A DNA stretch of 64,000 nucleotides. Origin: a virus (lineage: Duplodnaviria; Caudoviricetes). The position numbers were made by a program, and so were the translations under genes. Positions 12,341 to 22,283 of the stretch are shown in pieces (the first letter of the stretch is position 1; each line of letters begins with the position of its first letter). Under the pieces are notes generated by a model. That model was not told the origin of the DNA. It searched no databases and saw only the letters and a list, made by a program, of their open reading frames with translations. Where the stretch lies: IMG/VR virus record IMGVR_UViG_2724679183_000002, positions 1 to 64,000 of that record; one strand, written 5' to 3'.

Positions 12341-13488
12341 TATTCTAACCTCCCAAAAATTGAATCGTCGTTTTCGGTGAAGTCATTAACTGGTTTTGTA
12401 TTACTGGGCATAATCTTAAACGGCTCAAGCAGTTTCTTTGCCTCCTCCAATGTGAGAAGAGGGGATTGTAACTCAGTCATTTCGCCATTCGTATCCATGT
12501 AGAACCTTCCTTGAACAGTTATTTTTTCAGCTCCAGGAGTACAAAGCACTTTAGACTCAATTGCATCTCTAACTCTGAATCCCATGGCAACGCTTAAATT
12601 TGATCGTGCTGTAGTATCAAGCACAGATGCGACTGGTCTTTGCATAGACAGTATAACGAATATCCCCAAAGCTCTTCCTAACGCAGTTAACTCAAGCAAT
12701 GAATCCATAATCAACTTATTTTTACGTAGCATAACGAACTCATCTATACATAAGACAATGTAAGGCAACCTTCTATCTTTAGGTAAATCATCAATATGTG
12801 CGACAGCAAATACATCAAGTAAATCGGCTCGCTTATCCATCTCCGTTTTTAAATGGACAAGCATTTGCTGAATATGCGTTTCTTGGACAACATTCGCTTT
12901 AACATGTTCAACGTTACGAAAAAGGTGAAATTCAGCTTTTTTGCAATCTCCAAGGTACAACTCTAATTCTTCAGGTCGTTTACTTAATATTAAAGTTGTG
13001 AGTAGCTGTCTGAGCTGCGTTGATTTTCCTGATCCCGTACGACCGCCAATAAGAAGATGCGGGACAGTAACCATATCATAAGAAAATAAATGTCCATGAC
13101 GGTTAATTCCGCATAAAACTGGCAGTGAATGATTACGGATGGCTACTAAAGCATCTGTAACATTGTATTTGTATTGCTTTTTCATCTCAGCGTTGTATAC
13201 ATGCAGAACGTACTTTTTCAAACTCCCTCTAATTTCAATGTTATTTCCGAACACTTGCCTAAAGACAAATTCCTTTTTCTTAACCTCAGAAGGATTCATC
13301 CCATTCAGTAGCGTAAATGTATAACGGGTAAACCCATCTTCAATTTTTATTTCATGGATTTTTGGAAATGATTTTGCCAATTTTCCATTGGACAAGCTTC
13401 TCACTTTGTATAGCTCAGCAGAGTGAAAAGCATACTTAAGCTTCTGTTTCAGATGGTATTCATGGATAATGCGTTTTAATTTATTCAC
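12340..13488 (-). CDS. FtsK/SpoIIIE-family ATPase
   Basis: PHLLIGGRTGSGKS Walker A, IVLCIDEF Walker B, GRALGI..ILSMQRP. Confidence 0.92.
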   Translation of the reverse strand: MNKLKRIIHEYHLKQKLKYAFHSAELYKVRSLSNGKLAKSFPKIHEIKIEDGFTRYTFTLLNGMNPSEVKKKEFVFRQVFGNNIEIRGSLKKYVLHVYNAEMKKQYKYNVTDALVAIRNHSLPVLCGINRHGHLFSYDMVTVPHLLIGGRTGSGKSTQLRQLLTTLILSKRPEELELYLGDCKKAEFHLFRNVEHVKANVVQETHIQQMLVHLKTEMDKRADLLDVFAVAHIDDLPKDRRLPYIVLCIDEFVMLRKNKLIMDSLLELTALGRALGIFVILSMQRPVASVLDTTARSNLSVAMGFRVRDAIESKVLCTPGAEKITVQGRFYMDTNGEMTELQSPLLTLEEAKKLLEPFKIMPSNTKPVNDFTENDDSIFGRLE

Positions 13489-13498
13489 TGGTGTTCAC

Positions 13499-13732
13499 CT
13501 ATAGACTTGTTAGAAAACGGATAAGAAGTCCGAGGTAAGCAACGGGTAGCCCGATATTTAACAACCCCGTCAAAGCACTGGATACGTACGAAAATCGACC
13601 ATCAAACAGCTTGTTTTCCAACCAGCTACTACCGATGCACAGGAGCCCAACTCCCCCGACTAATACATAAGCACCTACCATAGTAGGCTCCATCGTTAAA
13701 ATTCCTGACCAACTAAAGTTGTTGCCAAGCAT
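13499..13732 (-). CDS. Small two-TM membrane protein, first gene of FtsK operon
   Basis: Two hydrophobic segments; RBS AAGGAG before ATG 13732. Confidence 0.75.
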   Translation of the reverse strand: MLGNNFSWSGILTMEPTMVGAYVLVGGVGLLCIGSSWLENKLFDGRFSYVSSALTGLLNIGLPVAYLGLLIRFLTSL

Positions 13733-13746
13733 ATTAACCACTCCTT

Positions 13747-13797
13747 AACTAAAGTTTTAACTAAACTTAGAACTTAAGTAACAGCAACTAAAGTAAC
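13747..13797. repeat. Array of AACT(A/T)AA(G/C)T direct repeats
   Basis: Copies at 13747, 13759, 13771, 13786 (12, 12, 15 bp spacing). Confidence 0.7.
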
Positions 13798-13963
13798 CAA
13801 GCTGAGCAATCCCGACAAATCAACAAACTAAAAATTTGTTTGGAGTGAGGGAGAGGAGCGAAAGCGAGTTGGATGAACGACAAGGTGTTTGCTGTTGATT
13901 AAGTATAGGCGAAAGAACAAATAAAAATGCGTGTACATTCAAATTTTTATCGGAGGGTAATCA

Positions 13964-14167
13964 ATGGAACTTCAACTTAAGTCTCGACTAAAGCAGCTCA
14001 TAAAGGACAGTGGGTACAAGCAGAAATACATATGTGATCAGCTTAAAATAGATGTTTCCACGTTATCAGGATTGGTTACAGGCAAGCATTTGCCTAATTT
14101 TGTGACTGCTTATAAATTGGCTAAGTTTTTTGGTTTGAAAATAGAGGACATCTGGTATGAGGAATAG
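13964..14167 (+). CDS. XRE-family HTH regulator
   Basis: LKQLIKDSG..QKYICDQL.ID.STLS.LV.G...P....AYKLAKFF pattern; RBS GGAGG. Confidence 0.88.
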   Translation: MELQLKSRLKQLIKDSGYKQKYICDQLKIDVSTLSGLVTGKHLPNFVTAYKLAKFFGLKIEDIWYEE

Positions 14168-14187
14168 GCTTTTCCAACATTTACATC

Positions 14188-14229
14188 GAACTATTGTTCT
14201 TATTTTTATTGAATAAGGAACGTTTGTTC
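14188..14229 (+). promoter_or_regulatory. Two LexA (Cheo) boxes over the yolD-uvrX promoter
   Basis: GAAC-TATT-GTTC (14188-14199) and GAAC-GTTT-GTTC (14218-14229); TTGAAT/TAATAT promoter-like hexamers. Confidence 0.85.
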
Positions 14230-14263
14230 TGTTAATATTAGATCGATAAAGGAGTGATTCAAT

Positions 14264-14596
14264 ATGCTTAGGGATCGAGGGGCGATCAAATGGACTTCCA
14301 TGATGCTTCCAGAACATTTAACGCAGCTAAAACAGGACTTGTTAGATGTTTCAAAAATTGAGAAGCCATCTTTAGATGAACAGCAAATTGAGGAGATCGA
14401 TATCCTTGTTTCTGAAGCAATGGCGCTGAATAAAGAATTGAAGTTTAAGCTCTTTAAAGAAGGGGTTGCAGAAGATTTAATCGGTACAGTTCAATATCTC
14501 AATTACGAACAACACAAATTACATGTAAAAGATCATAACGATCAAACCGTATACATCACCATGAATGACATCATAGGAGTTGCTTACAATGATTGA
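14264..14596 (+). CDS. yolD: YolD-like protein (UmuD-analogous accessory)
   Basis: MLRDRGAIKWTSMMLPEH signature. Confidence 0.92.
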   Translation: MLRDRGAIKWTSMMLPEHLTQLKQDLLDVSKIEKPSLDEQQIEEIDILVSEAMALNKELKFKLFKEGVAEDLIGTVQYLNYEQHKLHVKDHNDQTVYITMNDIIGVAYND

Positions 14597-15839
14597 TTAC
14601 TCACAGTTTCCACGTAAAAATATACTTTGTGTAGATATGAAATCCTTTTATGCTTCGGTTTCAGCTGTAACAATGGGCTTAAATCCAATGACATGCTATC
14701 TTGCTGTAGTCGGAAATACGGATAGACAGGGAAGTGTTGTTTTAGCAGCATCTCCTGCACTTAAAAAAGATTATGGAATCAAAACTGGATCCCGGTTATT
14801 TGAGATTCCAGATGACCCAAGAATCCACATAGTAAACCCACAAATGAAACTTTTCATCAGAGTTTCAACTGAAATCACTAAGCTGTTTTACAGGTTCGTT
14901 CCTGAAAAATGTGTGCATACGTACTCAATTGATGAATCTTTTTTAGATGCAGGAAAAGAAAACCCAGAAGTCATGGCAAAAGCAATTCAGGACAGTATGA
15001 AAAGAGAGTTTGGCTTAGTTTGTACAGTAGGTATTGGTGACAATATGCTGCTTAGTAAGCTTGCTCTTGACCTAGAGAGTAAGAAAACAAAGAGTGGTAT
15101 TGCACGTTGGAGATATGAAGATGTGCCAAAAAAGCTATGGAATGTTCATCCGTTATCTGAAATGTGGGGAATCGGAGGAAGGATGGAGAGGAATTTAAAT
15201 CGAATGGGAATTTCAACTGTCGGCCAGTTAGCCAAATATCCCTTAGAGCTACTTGAAAAGAAATTCGGAATCATGGGCAATCAACTTTATTATCATGCTC
15301 ATGGAATTGACCTTTCTGAAATTGGAGCTCCTTTGATGCAAGGACAAATAAGCTATGGTAAGAGTCAAATTTTACTTAGAGATTATACCAAGAAAGAAGA
15401 TATAAAGGCGGTTCTTTTGGAGATATGTGAAGAGGTTGCACGAAGAGCGCGGACGCATAATAAAGTGGGGCGAACCATCAGTTTAGGAATCGGTTACAGT
15501 AAAGATGAATTCGGTGGGGGATTTCACAGAGCAAAAACAATTGATTTACCTACAAATATCACTATGGATATTTATCGATATTGCTTGATACTCTTTGATA
15601 AGTTCTACACAGGCAAAACAGTGAGAAGTATTTCAGTTACTTTATCCAATATCGAAGATGATGTAAATCAACAATTAAGCCTGTTTGAAAAGGAAAACGA
15701 AAAGAAGAGAAAGCTTGGTTTTGTCATGGACGGGATAAGAAATAAATACGGATCAAAAGCGATCTTACGAGCTGTTTCTTATACACCTGGAGGTACAGCT
15801 TTGTATAGAGCTGGTTTGACAGGTGGACATAAATCATAG
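14589..15839 (+). CDS. uvrX: Y-family DNA polymerase UvrX
   Basis: CVDMKSFYASV, YSIDESFLD, MWGIG, C-terminal GGHKS. Confidence 0.95.
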   Translation: MIDYSQFPRKNILCVDMKSFYASVSAVTMGLNPMTCYLAVVGNTDRQGSVVLAASPALKKDYGIKTGSRLFEIPDDPRIHIVNPQMKLFIRVSTEITKLFYRFVPEKCVHTYSIDESFLDAGKENPEVMAKAIQDSMKREFGLVCTVGIGDNMLLSKLALDLESKKTKSGIARWRYEDVPKKLWNVHPLSEMWGIGGRMERNLNRMGISTVGQLAKYPLELLEKKFGIMGNQLYYHAHGIDLSEIGAPLMQGQISYGKSQILLRDYTKKEDIKAVLLEICEEVARRARTHNKVGRTISLGIGYSKDEFGGGFHRAKTIDLPTNITMDIYRYCLILFDKFYTGKTVRSISVTLSNIEDDVNQQLSLFEKENEKKRKLGFVMDGIRNKYGSKAILRAVSYTPGGTALYRAGLTGGHKS

Positions 15840-16225
15840 CTACTTTACTTGAATATATTTTGGGTTTGGTAAAGTTATCCTTCACACTTCAACCTGATAA
15901 AGCGTTTGACGGCTTAAAGATCACATGTTATTATTAAAAATAACTTCATGTATATACCTCCTTTATGTAGTTTTCTCGTATTCTAGGGCAATAGAATACA
16001 GAGAGAATTAGGAGAAGAAAAACCTGCGGCAACAGGTTTTTTATTTTGCGCAAAAATCATATTTTATGTCCGGTGAGTTTTCTAAAAACAATTGCAGTCT
16101 GTAAGGTACGTATGATACAGATTGTATTTGTTTTGTATCAATAATCACTGTATAAAGTCAGAGTTACAAGGGCATAAAAGTTAAAACGAAAAAAATACCC
16201 TCCTCGTTTAGAGAAGGGTATGTAA

Positions 16226-16540
16226 TCAATTAGCCGTTGCTTTCAGAGAGGCAAGCCACTCATCTAATGTTCCAGTGAATCCTTGCTGAACAGCTAACTC
16301 ATAAGCGGATAAACCGTCTTTACCATCTTTTCCTGCAACACCTGTAGCGCCTCTAGCTCCAGTTGCACCAGTATCACCTTTGTCTCCTTTAGCGCCAGTA
16401 GCTCCAGTACTGCCTTTTTCACCTTTTAACGAAGCTAACCATTCCTCCACAGTTCCTGAAAAACCATTATCCACTGCAATATCATAAGCAGACTTCCCAG
16501 TGACAATTGAGACATTAACCATTGGATTGAAGAAACTCAT
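16226..16540 (-). CDS. Collagen-like protein
   Basis: About 13 Gly-X-Y triplets flanked by duplicated SAY..AV..GF.GT..EWLASLK motif. Confidence 0.85.
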   Translation of the reverse strand: MSFFNPMVNVSIVTGKSAYDIAVDNGFSGTVEEWLASLKGEKGSTGATGAKGDKGDTGATGARGATGVAGKDGKDGLSAYELAVQQGFTGTLDEWLASLKATAN

Positions 16541-16824
16541 TTATGCGCACCCAAAAAGTTATATGTTATTCCTGACTCAGAAATCTTGAAGCTTGTTATA
16601 GGTGAATCATGAGCGTCCATTTGAAAGCCTTGTCCAGCTCTTAAATATATAGGATCTCCACCATTAATTGATACGTGACATTCTTGATCATTTGAGAAAC
16701 TGAACTTATAAAAAGAATACTTCATTGTCCATGTTTGAGGTGGTGGGGGGACTACTTCTTGATTTGCTTCTGACTTTTCAAGATTTGGACTTCCGATATA
16801 TCCAGACCCTATTTGTATAGTCAT
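16537..16824 (-). CDS. Small beta-rich hypothetical protein coupled to collagen-like gene
   Basis: RBS AGAAAGGA; 4-nt overlap with next ORF. Confidence 0.7.
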   Translation of the reverse strand: MTIQIGSGYIGSPNLEKSEANQEVVPPPPQTWTMKYSFYKFSFSNDQECHVSINGGDPIYLRAGQGFQMDAHDSPITSFKISESGITYNFLGAHK

Positions 16825-16878
16825 GTGATCATTCCTTTCTTATTAAAATGAAAAAAAGGGGAGATAAACTCCCACGAT

Positions 16879-17130
16879 TTACTTTGGTTCTGTATATTCC
16901 ATTGCTTGATCACTGTCTGAGATGCCTGTAGTGGTTGGATCCACCACAATTCCCATTGCAGTTAAAAATGTAAGCAAGGCATTAAATTTTTCAGTGAGAT
17001 CATCACTAAATACAGAAATGTCGTATCCAAAAGCAGATGCAATGGACTGTGCAAACAAAAGAGTTGCGGAGAAGATTGCAACCAGGAATGTTTTCTTTTT
17101 AAGTCTTACTTTCCAGTTAATTTTAGTCAT
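16879..17130 (-). CDS. Holin (phi LC3 / Phage_holin_1 type)
   Basis: INWKVRLK, two TM helices, GIVVDPTT.GISDS.QA. Confidence 0.92.
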   Translation of the reverse strand: MTKINWKVRLKKKTFLVAIFSATLLFAQSIASAFGYDISVFSDDLTEKFNALLTFLTAMGIVVDPTTTGISDSDQAMEYTEPK

Positions 17131-17142
17131 TAAATCGTCTCC

Positions 17143-17514
17143 TTATAAATTAGCTAATTTGGTGATATCAACGCCGGCGATCTCTGCGCCAAGCAGTAAG
17201 AGAATAATTAGAACTAAAATCTTTAATGTCTTGCCAAATGTTCCTTCTAATAAGTTCTGAAGCCATTTTGTTTGCGACTGATTAACTTGTTGAAATTCAT
17301 TTCTTAATCCGGCTATCTCAGTTGAGAAAAGATCTTTTGTTTCAGCAAGTGTCTTTTCTTGATTTTCAACTACAGTGGTAAGTCTAATTAACGACTCACT
17401 CGTTGTTTTTTGTGTTTCTAACATAATTTTTCTGTCTTCTGCTTGTTCTTTCAGACGTTCTTTTATATGAGCGACTTCAGTCTTTAAAACTTCATAATTT
17501 TCATTTTCAGCCAC
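17143..17514 (-). CDS. Lysis accessory protein (coiled coil plus C-terminal TM)
   Basis: Between endolysin and holin; GTG start after GGAGG. Confidence 0.65.
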   Translation of the reverse strand: MAENENYEVLKTEVAHIKERLKEQAEDRKIMLETQKTTSESLIRLTTVVENQEKTLAETKDLFSTEIAGLRNEFQQVNQSQTKWLQNLLEGTFGKTLKILVLIILLLLGAEIAGVDITKLANL

Positions 17515-17630
17515 AATACAACCATCCTCCATAAAGATTAGGAGGTAATTTCACATCACCTCCTAAAATAAAGTGGATATTCATTGATATACCTTGATCA
17601 ACAAATATCCTCAAAGATATTTAAATATAT

Positions 17631-18677
17631 TTAGAGTTTTGACCCGAACTGTCCTGAGATGTAACCACGTTTATCTTTGTAGATAACTTCCCAGTAGCCT
17701 TTAGCGTTATTTGAACCTTTCACTGAGCCAGAAATACCAATTGTATCACCCAGCTTCACAGTACTGAGGTTCTTTGCTTTGTTTTTATCAGGTCTGTCCA
17801 TAATAATTGCTGCGCTTTTCACACCAACAATCTTAATTTTGCCTACAGATTTGATTCCACTACTATTAGGCTTAGAAGTAGAGCTAGGCTTTGGGGCGGA
17901 TTTACCAAGCTCAGCATCGCTCTTAATGTAGCTTACATTTACATAGCCACTGTACGTAGCGCCTTTTGAGTTTGTATATTTGATGTAGCCCCAACCGTTT
18001 TGGGTTGATCCTTTTTGGTATTGAACAGTAGAGCCTTTAGGAAGGGTAAGGACAATGGAGGAGTTTGCATTTCGTTGAGTTCTCACATTAAGACTGTCAG
18101 CAATAACAGTATTCTTAACATAAGAACCACTTGTATTAACGACATTTGATGGCTTAGTTGAAGAAGAGGAGGTGTTACTACCACCCAGTGATTTCAATTC
18201 TGAATCAATAGCAGCTTTAACAGCATTCCAACGTCCTTCATCAAGGACACGATGAGGACAATACTTTCCGTTCCAGTCTTGATGCTTTTTAACTCGATCA
18301 ACACCCCATCCACGTTCTTTAAGAAGCTGTGCGATGAACTTGATAGCAAGCGCTTCAGCTTTTCTATAGCGCTCTCCACCTGATTTAGAGTAGCAAACTT
18401 CTACACCGATTGATTTGCGGTTTCCAGTTCCATTTTCACCATCACCACAATGAGATGCACTTCGGTTTGTTGGTAGTCCTTGAACCACTTCTTTATCATC
18501 TACGGCAAAGTGATAGGACACTGTTTCATTATTATTTCTCATATAGCTGATCTCATTATTTGCTGATGCGTCGTTTGCTGTATTGTGGAAAGTGATATAC
18601 TCTGCTGTCATAGCATAGCGACCTTTGATTGAGTACTTGTCTGGGGATACTAGCATTTGTCTCACTTGAATAGTCAT
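17631..18677 (-). CDS. blyA: Endolysin, Amidase_2 plus SH3b domains (BlyA-like)
   Basis: ITFHNTANDA, SYHFAVDD, SIGVEVCYS, KHQDWNGKYCPH; SH3-type LNVR repeats. Confidence 0.88.
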   Translation of the reverse strand: MTIQVRQMLVSPDKYSIKGRYAMTAEYITFHNTANDASANNEISYMRNNNETVSYHFAVDDKEVVQGLPTNRSASHCGDGENGTGNRKSIGVEVCYSKSGGERYRKAEALAIKFIAQLLKERGWGVDRVKKHQDWNGKYCPHRVLDEGRWNAVKAAIDSELKSLGGSNTSSSSTKPSNVVNTSGSYVKNTVIADSLNVRTQRNANSSIVLTLPKGSTVQYQKGSTQNGWGYIKYTNSKGATYSGYVNVSYIKSDAELGKSAPKPSSTSKPNSSGIKSVGKIKIVGVKSAAIIMDRPDKNKAKNLSTVKLGDTIGISGSVKGSNNAKGYWEVIYKDKRGYISGQFGSKL

Positions 18678-18851
18678 ATTAAACATCTCTCCTAAGTTTA
18701 AATTAGAGCACAAAAAAGAGAGAAGGGGACAAATCCCGATCTCTCTTTATCTCACGTATGCTCTTGTTATCTCTGTTTTTCAACTATGTAAATTGAATAA
18801 AATTTATATTTTAACTAGAACATAATCACCTCCTTTAAAGAGGGTGCTGAA

Positions 18852-21434
18852 TTAAACTGTCGGTGTTATTAAGCAGACAGCGACACCATATCCTCTTTCT
18901 TTTGTATAAGGTGTTGTTATTTTCATTACCGGATAACCAGATTCATCAGATGATTTTGACCCCTTACCGGCTTTAGGTACAATTCTGTCGCCATTTTGAA
19001 CTGTTTCATCAATACGAACGAAAATCTGTCCAAACATACCGACTATATTCCATTCAGGGCGCTCAGACCTTGGAACATATTCTTCATTAGCGTTGAAGTC
19101 TGGGTTCTCTTTTGGCAACCTTCTAATTTCTGTTCTTTGTATTCCTTCCGAATCCACGAATGTCACATCTATGTCTTCGTAAATAAGCCCACCAAATTCA
19201 TTCTTGAGATATCTTCCTTGCCAATTAAACAAAGACTCTCCAAGTACAATACCAGCGGTCTCAGATATAACTCCTAAGACTTTATCGCCTAAATTTGCTT
19301 TCTTAATCTTGTCACCGTCAAGCGTAACCATATATCCGGTAGGGATTGACCTTCCATCAGAGGATTCGAAGTACTCTGCATAGTCAGCAAAAGTAGAAGC
19401 ACCTTTTACTTGTCCGGTTAAGGTGATGTTTCCACGCATAGCATCATGTTCAATCTTGATATTTGCAGTCGAAGGAGTGTCAGTTGTTCCATAACCCCAT
19501 ACGGTTGTATAGCCTTTTTTGTTCGCCACACTTTGTGATCCAATTACAACCCTTGAAGAGCCTGAGCCTTCAATTGAAGAATTATTTGAAGCTACAACCA
19601 ATGAGCGGCTTCCTTCTGCTGTTGTTTTAGAGCCACCAGATGAAGCAATAACCGCATTACGTGGGCCTTGTGCTTTAGATCCACCTGTTGTAGCAATGAC
19701 AGCAGAAGCATCACCAGTTGCTTGTCCGCCACCTGAAGATGCCATTACGACGCTAGTTTTTGTCTTAGCATAGCCAGAAGTCGTTGCAATCCGTGTACCA
19801 CCTTTGAAATTGTTCGGGATAAACGTGTAGGTTTTTCCGGCAATTTTACTGGGAGTAACGTATTGTTCGCACATCGCACCACTAATATTGACCTGTGAGT
19901 TAGTACAATAAATACCTATTGAACCTGCTTTGTTTGTTCCGGTCATGTTAACGTTATTGATATTGACAGAACCAACTTTACTTCCAACAGCAATACCCAC
20001 TAAAGCAGATTGGTTAATGGTTACATTTGAGATGTTTACATTATCTGATTTTTGAGCTCCACCAATTACATAGATATCGTTACTTGCTGTTGTAAAGCCC
20101 GAAACAGTGATGTTGTTCAGGTTGATGTTTCTGCTCTTATATTGAGTAGAGATTACTGTAGTATTCTTGTAATCATATGTCGGGTCACCAATTGCGTTGA
20201 AGTTTGATACGTTGACATTTCTATAAGCGGAAATAACAAGTGCGCGGGGATTTAAACCTTGATAGAGGTCACTGAAAATAGGATGTTGTGCAGTGCAGTT
20301 AACGACATTAATGTCAAATGCACTTGTGGAGATATTTTCAGAGGCTAGATGGAAGCCAATATGTCTAAAGTCGAAAGCGCGAATATCATTTTCGGAATAG
20401 CAGTTAATTAAGTTTACGTTTCTTGCTGCAGGTGCTCTGTTGTGAGCTTTGACTTCAAAACCTCTACAGTTTTTTCGGCTGTAACAGTTCACAAGCCATA
20501 CGTTTTTAGAACCGTCATCAATTTCAAAACCGTTTGAATTTGAAGCTCCTTTGCTGTGTGCAGAGCCATTGGCATCATAAGCGTAACAGTTTGTGATGAA
20601 TATGTAATCAGAATAGTGAGTTGTGAATCCGTCATCACCATAATTAGTTGCAGTACAGTTTTCGATCCATACATACTTACTTCCATTCGGTTGATAATAG
20701 TCAGCACCGTCTGAAGCCGAGTTCCAAACAGGGGAGCTTACATCAAAACCATGAACACCTGCATTGCGAGCATTAACGTTTCTAATACGAACAAATTTAG
20801 AGTTTACAATGCCCACACAGTTTGCATTTGTTCCATTTGTAATGTTGTTATCTTTTTTGTCTAAGTTCCAATCAAGGTCTAAGTCTTCAATTAGGATATA
20901 TTCGTTTCCATTAGTGTAGTCACTGTTGGTTAACACGCAAGATGTTCCGACAGCAGTTGGGTGAAGTTTGATAATAGACCCTGATCCAACACCATAAAGC
21001 CTGATATAAGAGGGGATGTGCAATCCTTGAACCATGTAAATACCTGCAGGAACAAAAACCTCTCGTTTCCCACTAGCAAAAGTAGCTTTAAAAGCTTCAG
21101 TGTCATCAGTAACCCCGTCACCCTTAGCTCCGAAATCCTGAACATTGACACTTCGTCTGATAAATTCATTTAAAATCTTGTCAACAATGTTGGCACCGGA
21201 TGCTGGGATTTTAGAGATGTCTCCAATAGTGTTTGTGATATCAGTTAAGCCATTATTCACTGTATCAATAACTTTTGTAATGTCTTCAGTAGCTTTATCA
21301 AAAGCCTCTTGGATATCATCTGCAGTAAAACGAGCATTGTTTGATTTTAAACCTACTGCATCAACAGGAATCCATTTTTGAGATTCCTCATCAAAATAAC
21401 CCATCGTATTAACTGGGATTAAATTTTCGTTCAA
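18852..21434 (-). CDS. Tail spike / pre-neck appendage: pectin-lyase beta-helix plus peptidase G2 autoproteolytic chaperone
   Basis: VNVQDFGAKGDGVTDDT, beta-helix repeats, ADYAEYFES cleavage motif as in phi29 gp12. Confidence 0.9.
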   Translation of the reverse strand: MNENLIPVNTMGYFDEESQKWIPVDAVGLKSNNARFTADDIQEAFDKATEDITKVIDTVNNGLTDITNTIGDISKIPASGANIVDKILNEFIRRSVNVQDFGAKGDGVTDDTEAFKATFASGKREVFVPAGIYMVQGLHIPSYIRLYGVGSGSIIKLHPTAVGTSCVLTNSDYTNGNEYILIEDLDLDWNLDKKDNNITNGTNANCVGIVNSKFVRIRNVNARNAGVHGFDVSSPVWNSASDGADYYQPNGSKYVWIENCTATNYGDDGFTTHYSDYIFITNCYAYDANGSAHSKGASNSNGFEIDDGSKNVWLVNCYSRKNCRGFEVKAHNRAPAARNVNLINCYSENDIRAFDFRHIGFHLASENISTSAFDINVVNCTAQHPIFSDLYQGLNPRALVISAYRNVNVSNFNAIGDPTYDYKNTTVISTQYKSRNINLNNITVSGFTTASNDIYVIGGAQKSDNVNISNVTINQSALVGIAVGSKVGSVNINNVNMTGTNKAGSIGIYCTNSQVNISGAMCEQYVTPSKIAGKTYTFIPNNFKGGTRIATTSGYAKTKTSVVMASSGGGQATGDASAVIATTGGSKAQGPRNAVIASSGGSKTTAEGSRSLVVASNNSSIEGSGSSRVVIGSQSVANKKGYTTVWGYGTTDTPSTANIKIEHDAMRGNITLTGQVKGASTFADYAEYFESSDGRSIPTGYMVTLDGDKIKKANLGDKVLGVISETAGIVLGESLFNWQGRYLKNEFGGLIYEDIDVTFVDSEGIQRTEIRRLPKENPDFNANEEYVPRSERPEWNIVGMFGQIFVRIDETVQNGDRIVPKAGKGSKSSDESGYPVMKITTPYTKERGYGVAVCLITPTV

Positions 21435-21447
21435 TATATACTCCTCC

Positions 21448-22263
21448 TTATCCTTTTCTAATCCAAACCATACTTCCGTCAGGAGCATCTGCAGACGGTT
21501 TTATTCTCTTCTTAGTTGGAGCATTATTTGTTCTTAACCATACTGACTTGATGTTGTAAGGCTCTATATAGCTAGAAACAATGTTAAAGCCATCATACTT
21601 ATCTGAGACGCTAATATTTATCCAGTCAAAACCATCCCATCGAAATTCAATCCCTGTTTCTTTTACAGTGACAGTCCAGCCAATTTGAGGAGAGGGGTAT
21701 GTGCTTAATAAATCCTGATAGGTGTACACAAATGGCAAGTAAACTTTTCTTGTATTCTCCACTACATACTCATAATCTGATGTTGCTTGCCTGCACCAGT
21801 TCGTTATTTCAATACATCGCTTGGTTACACGTTCACATTCAGCAATGCGTTCATTGATACGAATAATGGCATCTTCAGCGTCATCAATTAAGCTTTGGAG
21901 TGTTTCGATAACCATATTTCCTTGCCGTTTAATCCATATTCTTGAGGCAGGGAAGAAGGATGCGCCCTCACCTTGGTATGTAAAAGTAAGTGATTTTCCT
22001 TCATTTGAATCATTGAAAAAGACAACCCCCATAAGGTAATCAACCTTAAAGTAGTTGTCTTCTAATTCACCATCTTCAATTTCTCGCCATTCTTTACTGT
22101 CTCCGTTGACTTCGACTCTGTACTCGCGATTGGGTACTTCAGTAAGCAATACTCGACCGTTATAAATGGTTAATGTTTCATTATAGCTTAAATAAGGATC
22201 ATCAATTGAACCTTTCCTTTTTTGTGAAAGGGTGGGGTCGTTATAGAGCTGAGGAAAATCCAA
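21448..22263 (-). CDS. yomF: Tail/baseplate protein
   Basis: Synteny between yomG and spike; name by synteny and recalled similarity. Confidence 0.7.
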   Translation of the reverse strand: MDFPQLYNDPTLSQKRKGSIDDPYLSYNETLTIYNGRVLLTEVPNREYRVEVNGDSKEWREIEDGELEDNYFKVDYLMGVVFFNDSNEGKSLTFTYQGEGASFFPASRIWIKRQGNMVIETLQSLIDDAEDAIIRINERIAECERVTKRCIEITNWCRQATSDYEYVVENTRKVYLPFVYTYQDLLSTYPSPQIGWTVTVKETGIEFRWDGFDWINISVSDKYDGFNIVSSYIEPYNIKSVWLRTNNAPTKKRIKPSADAPDGSMVWIRKG

Positions 22264-22283
22264 ACTAAAATCACCGTCCTTTC

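Noticed and set aside
15914-15949. 11-codon minus-strand ORF MKLFLIITCDL behind a perfect AAAGGAGGT
   Set aside because: Too short to support; probably a remnant of a deleted gene
17569-17584. Additional TAAAA-N6-TTTTA copy
   Set aside because: Too many mismatches (TAAAG..TTCAT)
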